A stretch of 64,000 nt of DNA, from positions 2,152 through 66,151 of the forward strand of contig JAOXRV010000044.1 of the NCBI GenBank assembly GCA_025800435.1, in the 5' to 3' direction. How positions within the stretch are numbered: the stretch's first letter is position 1; every line of letters begins with the position of its first letter. The notes under the pieces are model-generated. The model had not been told where the DNA came from, ran no database searches, and saw only the letters and a program-made list of their open reading frames with translations. Both the position numbers and the translations under genes were made by a program. Origin of the DNA: Cellvibrionaceae bacterium (GTDB lineage Bacteria; Pseudomonadota; Gammaproteobacteria; Pseudomonadales; Cellvibrionaceae). Shown in pieces: positions 63,558 to 64,000 of this stretch.

Positions 63558-63564
63558 GTCTTGT

Positions 63565-64000
63565 TTAGGTTTTTTTACGTCGCCGCTGGCCTACCAAACC
63601 GATCAGCGTCAGGCCCAGTAGGGCAAGCGCCACAGGCGGTAAACTTGGTACTTGCGCGGCTGCGGCTGGAGCGCTAGCGGCAGCGGCTGAAATCTGGTAG
63701 AAAAAATTATAGGCTGCGCCGCCGGCAGCACCTGCAACGCCGTTGGAATAGTTGTAGCGCAGTGCTGCAGTCGACGGGCCTGGCAAGCTGCCGGGCAGGC
63801 GGTAGCTGCCGCTACTGTTACTGGCATAGACACAGAAAAAATAGTTACCTGGGCCGATTGCGGCGCTGCCACCGCTGATTAGAAAATTATTCTGGCTCAG
63901 GCTGGGAGGTGAGGTGATAAAGCTAACAGAACTGCTGCCACTGCTGTTTAGGCTGAGGCTACCTTCATCAATCACCGGATAGCCACTGGCGTCACTGCGT
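63565..64000 (-). CDS. PEP-CTERM-type sorting-signal protein (N-terminus outside the window)
   Basis: The frame stays open to nt 64000. The body is S/G/A/N-rich. The C-terminus VPSLPPVALALLGLTLIGLVGQRRRKKT has the layout motif, TM helix, basic cluster typical of exosortase substrates. Confidence 0.7.
   Translation of the reverse strand, partial: RSDASGYPVIDEGSLSLNSSGSSSVSFITSPPSLSQNNFLISGGSAAIGPGNYFFCVYASNSSGSYRLPGSLPGPSTAALRYNYSNGVAGAAGGAAYNFFYQISAAAASAPAAAAQVPSLPPVALALLGLTLIGLVGQRRRKKT

Noticed and set aside
1-64000. Prophage, integrative element, defence island, tRNA/rRNA genes
   Set aside because: I saw no integrase, transposase, phage structural, restriction-modification or cas-like ORFs, and no cloverleaf-like or rRNA-like segments. 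The only toxin-antitoxin trace is the hipA remnant.

Overview
This is a 64-kb chromosomal segment from a moderately GC-rich gammaproteobacterium. Gene order closely parallels Pseudomonas: ppk/trxA/rho; metX-metW-DUF4426-rdgB-hemW; yggS-proC-yggT; pilT-pilU; ruvX-algH-tonB3-gshB next to pilGHIJK-chpABC; gpmI-envC-ctpA-yibQ; rhodanese-grxC-secB; ntrBC. I call 55 protein-coding genes and one pseudogene. I found no tRNA, rRNA, CRISPR array, integrase or transposase. Most of the window is core housekeeping. The accessory-looking stretch lies at about 35.6-46.4 kb and holds three items. (1) A translationally coupled operon of response regulator, TonB-dependent receptor, orphan periplasmic binding protein and HisKA_3 kinase; this is my best candidate for an uncharacterised system. 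(2) A decayed hipA toxin-kinase remnant. (3) A TonB-dependent receptor plus two PhoD phosphatases preceded by a Pho box. Four non-coding features stand out. A short interspersed repeat family (core ATTCAGAGGTRCCCTAG, six copies) supplies the last codons and stop codon of ppk and of the sensor kinase. A 231-bp nested inverted-repeat element with G-quadruplex potential lies after pilU. A strong hairpin separates the Pho receptor from the phosphatase genes. An NtrC-type enhancer site and a sigma54-like promoter lie upstream of ntrBC. All calls come from reading the translated ORFs, motifs and repeats by eye. No database or folding searches were run, so family names rest on recognised motifs and synteny, and several start codons are my own re-picks.
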